64,000 nt of DNA, from positions 372,001-436,000 of the forward strand of contig CBFDEM010000001.1 in the NCBI GenBank assembly GCA_965603825.1. Direction: 5' to 3'. The position numbers and the translations under genes were made by a program. Origin of the DNA: Blepharisma stoltei ATCC 30299. Lineage: Eukaryota > Protista > Ciliophora. Positions 61,867 through 64,000 of the stretch are shown one piece after another. Positions within the stretch are counted from its first letter, which is position 1. Every line of letters starts with the position of its first letter. A model generated the notes under the pieces. That model was not told the origin of the DNA and did not search any database. It saw only the letters and a program-made list of their open reading frames with translations.

Positions 61867-63012
61867 ATGAAAAACAAAAGAGATTCTAAGGAATTAACTT
61901 ATTTTTTTAAAAAAGCCACTACAGGTCACAAAAAATACAAAAAATCTGAGCCTCCAAGAAAAGATATAAGTAAACATTCAAAGGACTTAGAAGAAATAGC
62001 CAAAAGAAGCAACAAAGATAAACATGAAGTTTTATTTCTAGCTAAAGCTATGTGGAACAATGAGATATTGCCTATTTGAGCTAAATATACCCCAAAGCAA
62101 GATGTCGAATTAATGGATATTTCAGCTAAAGATGAAATTCGTAATTATTTGCAATTCTTTTTAGATAAAAATGAAGAAGACACACTTGTAATTCTGTCTG
62201 AAACTCTCCCAAAAGCAATTATCTTATATGGCCCGCATGGATCAGGAAAATCATCATTAGTAAAATGTATGGCGAATGTGCTGGGTTTTAAAATCCTTGA
62301 ATCTAATGCATCACAGTGCAGAAATAGCTCATCAATTCTTAGTTTAATGAAGGAAGCAAGCCAAAACCAAGTTGTTCAGTCCCATTTTTGGAAAGGGTCC
62401 TTAATTTTTATAGAAGACATTGATATTGTTTTAGAGCCTGACAAAAGATTTTATAAAGCTTTATCCAATTTAGTTAAAAATTCAAGAAATCCAGTAATTT
62501 TGACTGCGACAAAAATCCCTCATGAATTTAGTAGAGACAAATATAAAAAAATTGAAATTAAAAGACCAGAAATAGAAGAAATTCAATTAAGGCTTGAAAT
62601 TATTAATATTTTTGAAAAGCTGGAGATTGAAAGCGACGATATAAAATTTCTTATATATTTGGCAGATAGAGATTTGAATTGGATTTTTAGCTCTTTAGAT
62701 GTGAAACCTTTATGATTTGGCCTAGGATTGACATTTCCGGTAAAACCATGCAGCAATTTCGAAAAGAAAGAAAAATTCATTACAGTCTCTTGCAGTGTTC
62801 CAAGCCGCCCTATAATTCCATCATTTGAATATTTATACTTGAACTCTACAGAAATAGAACTTGATCTGGATGCACATTCAGAGTACCTATCAGCATTAGA
62901 ATATGATTTTATAGATGTACTTAATGATTTTTTCTCTCAAAAATCAAAAATCGACTCTCTGGTCTCTATACCAAAACTGAGTGCTGAAAACGGCATTTTC
63001 TCAATAACTTAA
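61867..63012 (+). CDS. AAA+ ATPase, ELG1/ATAD5/RFC-like clamp-loader subunit
   Basis: [W]AKYTPK, LYGPHGSGKS, ESNASQCR, IFIEDID, SRNPVILT; three track ORFs in one frame. Confidence 0.8.
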
Positions 63013-63045
63013 CAAACTTGTTTACAAAAAAACAATTATTTTCCA

Positions 63046-63525
63046 TTAAAACTCGTCCTCACTCTTTTCTGTCTCATTTTCACTTTCCTCTTCCTCTTCT
63101 TCATTGCTCTCTTCTTCTCCTTTTTCTGAGCCTTCTTCCTCTTCATTTTCATCGCTTTCTTTTTCATTTTGCAATAAACTTTCTTCAGCTTCTAAATCTT
63201 GATGCATATTTTTTACAGCTCCACCACCTTTTTCAAATGACTGCCTAATGACATCTACACTTAGCATGGTTTCTAAGCAAGCTCTCACAAATAAAACTCC
63301 AAAAACCAAAATAAAAATTGAAAAAATTATTCCAACAGTAAGCCCAAAATTCCCTCCTTTTATGCTGCATTCTACAGTTAAGAAAATAGTTCCCATTCAG
63401 ATTCCTACTAATGTAAAATAGTATAATATTGATAGTCATTTTTTCTATATGATGATTACACTTTCCCATGAATCGAAATAAAGCAGATCTGTCGGATTTC
63501 CTTGTGGGAGATGGGGAAAATTCAT
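63046..63525 (-). CDS. Two-TM membrane protein with acidic tail; intron 63445-63459
   Basis: MNFPHLPQGNPTDLLYFDSWES|KK[W]LSILYYFTLVGI[W]MG... runs to TAA 63046. Confidence 0.78.
63445..63459 (-). other. 15-nt intron
   Basis: GTAATCATCATATAG; removes an in-frame TAG. Confidence 0.85.
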
Positions 63526-63595
63526 AATAAATTACATTTGAAAATTATGAATTTCTTTTAATATGAATATGTCAAGTTTAGTGAATTAGCATGTA

Positions 63596-64000
63596 TTATA
63601 ATTCTGAAGGATCTTTTAGCCTTTTGCCTTCTTTCCATTCTCCTTCTTTCTTTTCTCCTCGGGCAGAAGCTTGATAAGTTCCTCTTCCATGTTGTTTTCC
63701 ATTAAACCAAGCCCCTTCATATACTCTTCCATCAGGCCATTTGAAGACTCCATATCCTTGTTTTTTGTCATCTACATAATCTCCAACATAGCATCTTCCG
63801 TCAGGCCATGTAAACGTACCTTTTCCATTCATCCTATTACTTTTTCACTCTCCTACGTATTTTCTTCCATCATTTCAAGTAAAGGTCCCAACTCCATGCA
63901 AATTATTATCTTGAAATTCTCCTTCATAAACATTTCCATCTGCACAATAAAACTTCCCTTTCCCATGCTTCTTTCCATGCAAATAGCTGCCTTCATATTT
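63596..64000 (-). CDS. MORN-repeat protein, 5'-partial
   Basis: Repeated YxGxW/Y..(N/D)K.HGxG.F.WxDG units running off the window end. Confidence 0.92.

Overview
AT-rich, very gene-dense eukaryotic window that reads as the macronuclear (somatic) genome of a heterotrich ciliate, most likely Blepharisma. The supplied ORF track is badly fragmented for two reasons. First, TGA is a sense codon: it falls on conserved Trp positions in a kinase, a pepsin-like protease and class III ADH. Second, genes carry 15-16 nt spliceosomal introns (GTR...A at position 10...YAG). Re-reading with TGA=Trp and these introns gives about 42 protein genes, one tRNA-Ser(AGA) and one truncated kelch pseudogene. No intact mobile element, CRISPR array or rRNA was seen. 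The strongest leads are: one locus where UGA may have to act as a stop; gene-specific TGA vs TGG use; a candidate GC-AG 15-nt intron; an MLO-like channel fused to EF-hands; a kinesin with a degenerate switch I; tandem double-domain cathepsin Z genes with mosaic homogenisation; a catalytic-domain-free MULE/FAR1 derivative; unannotated microproteins; and intergenic gaps of 23-55 nt. All calls are by eye, with no database search.
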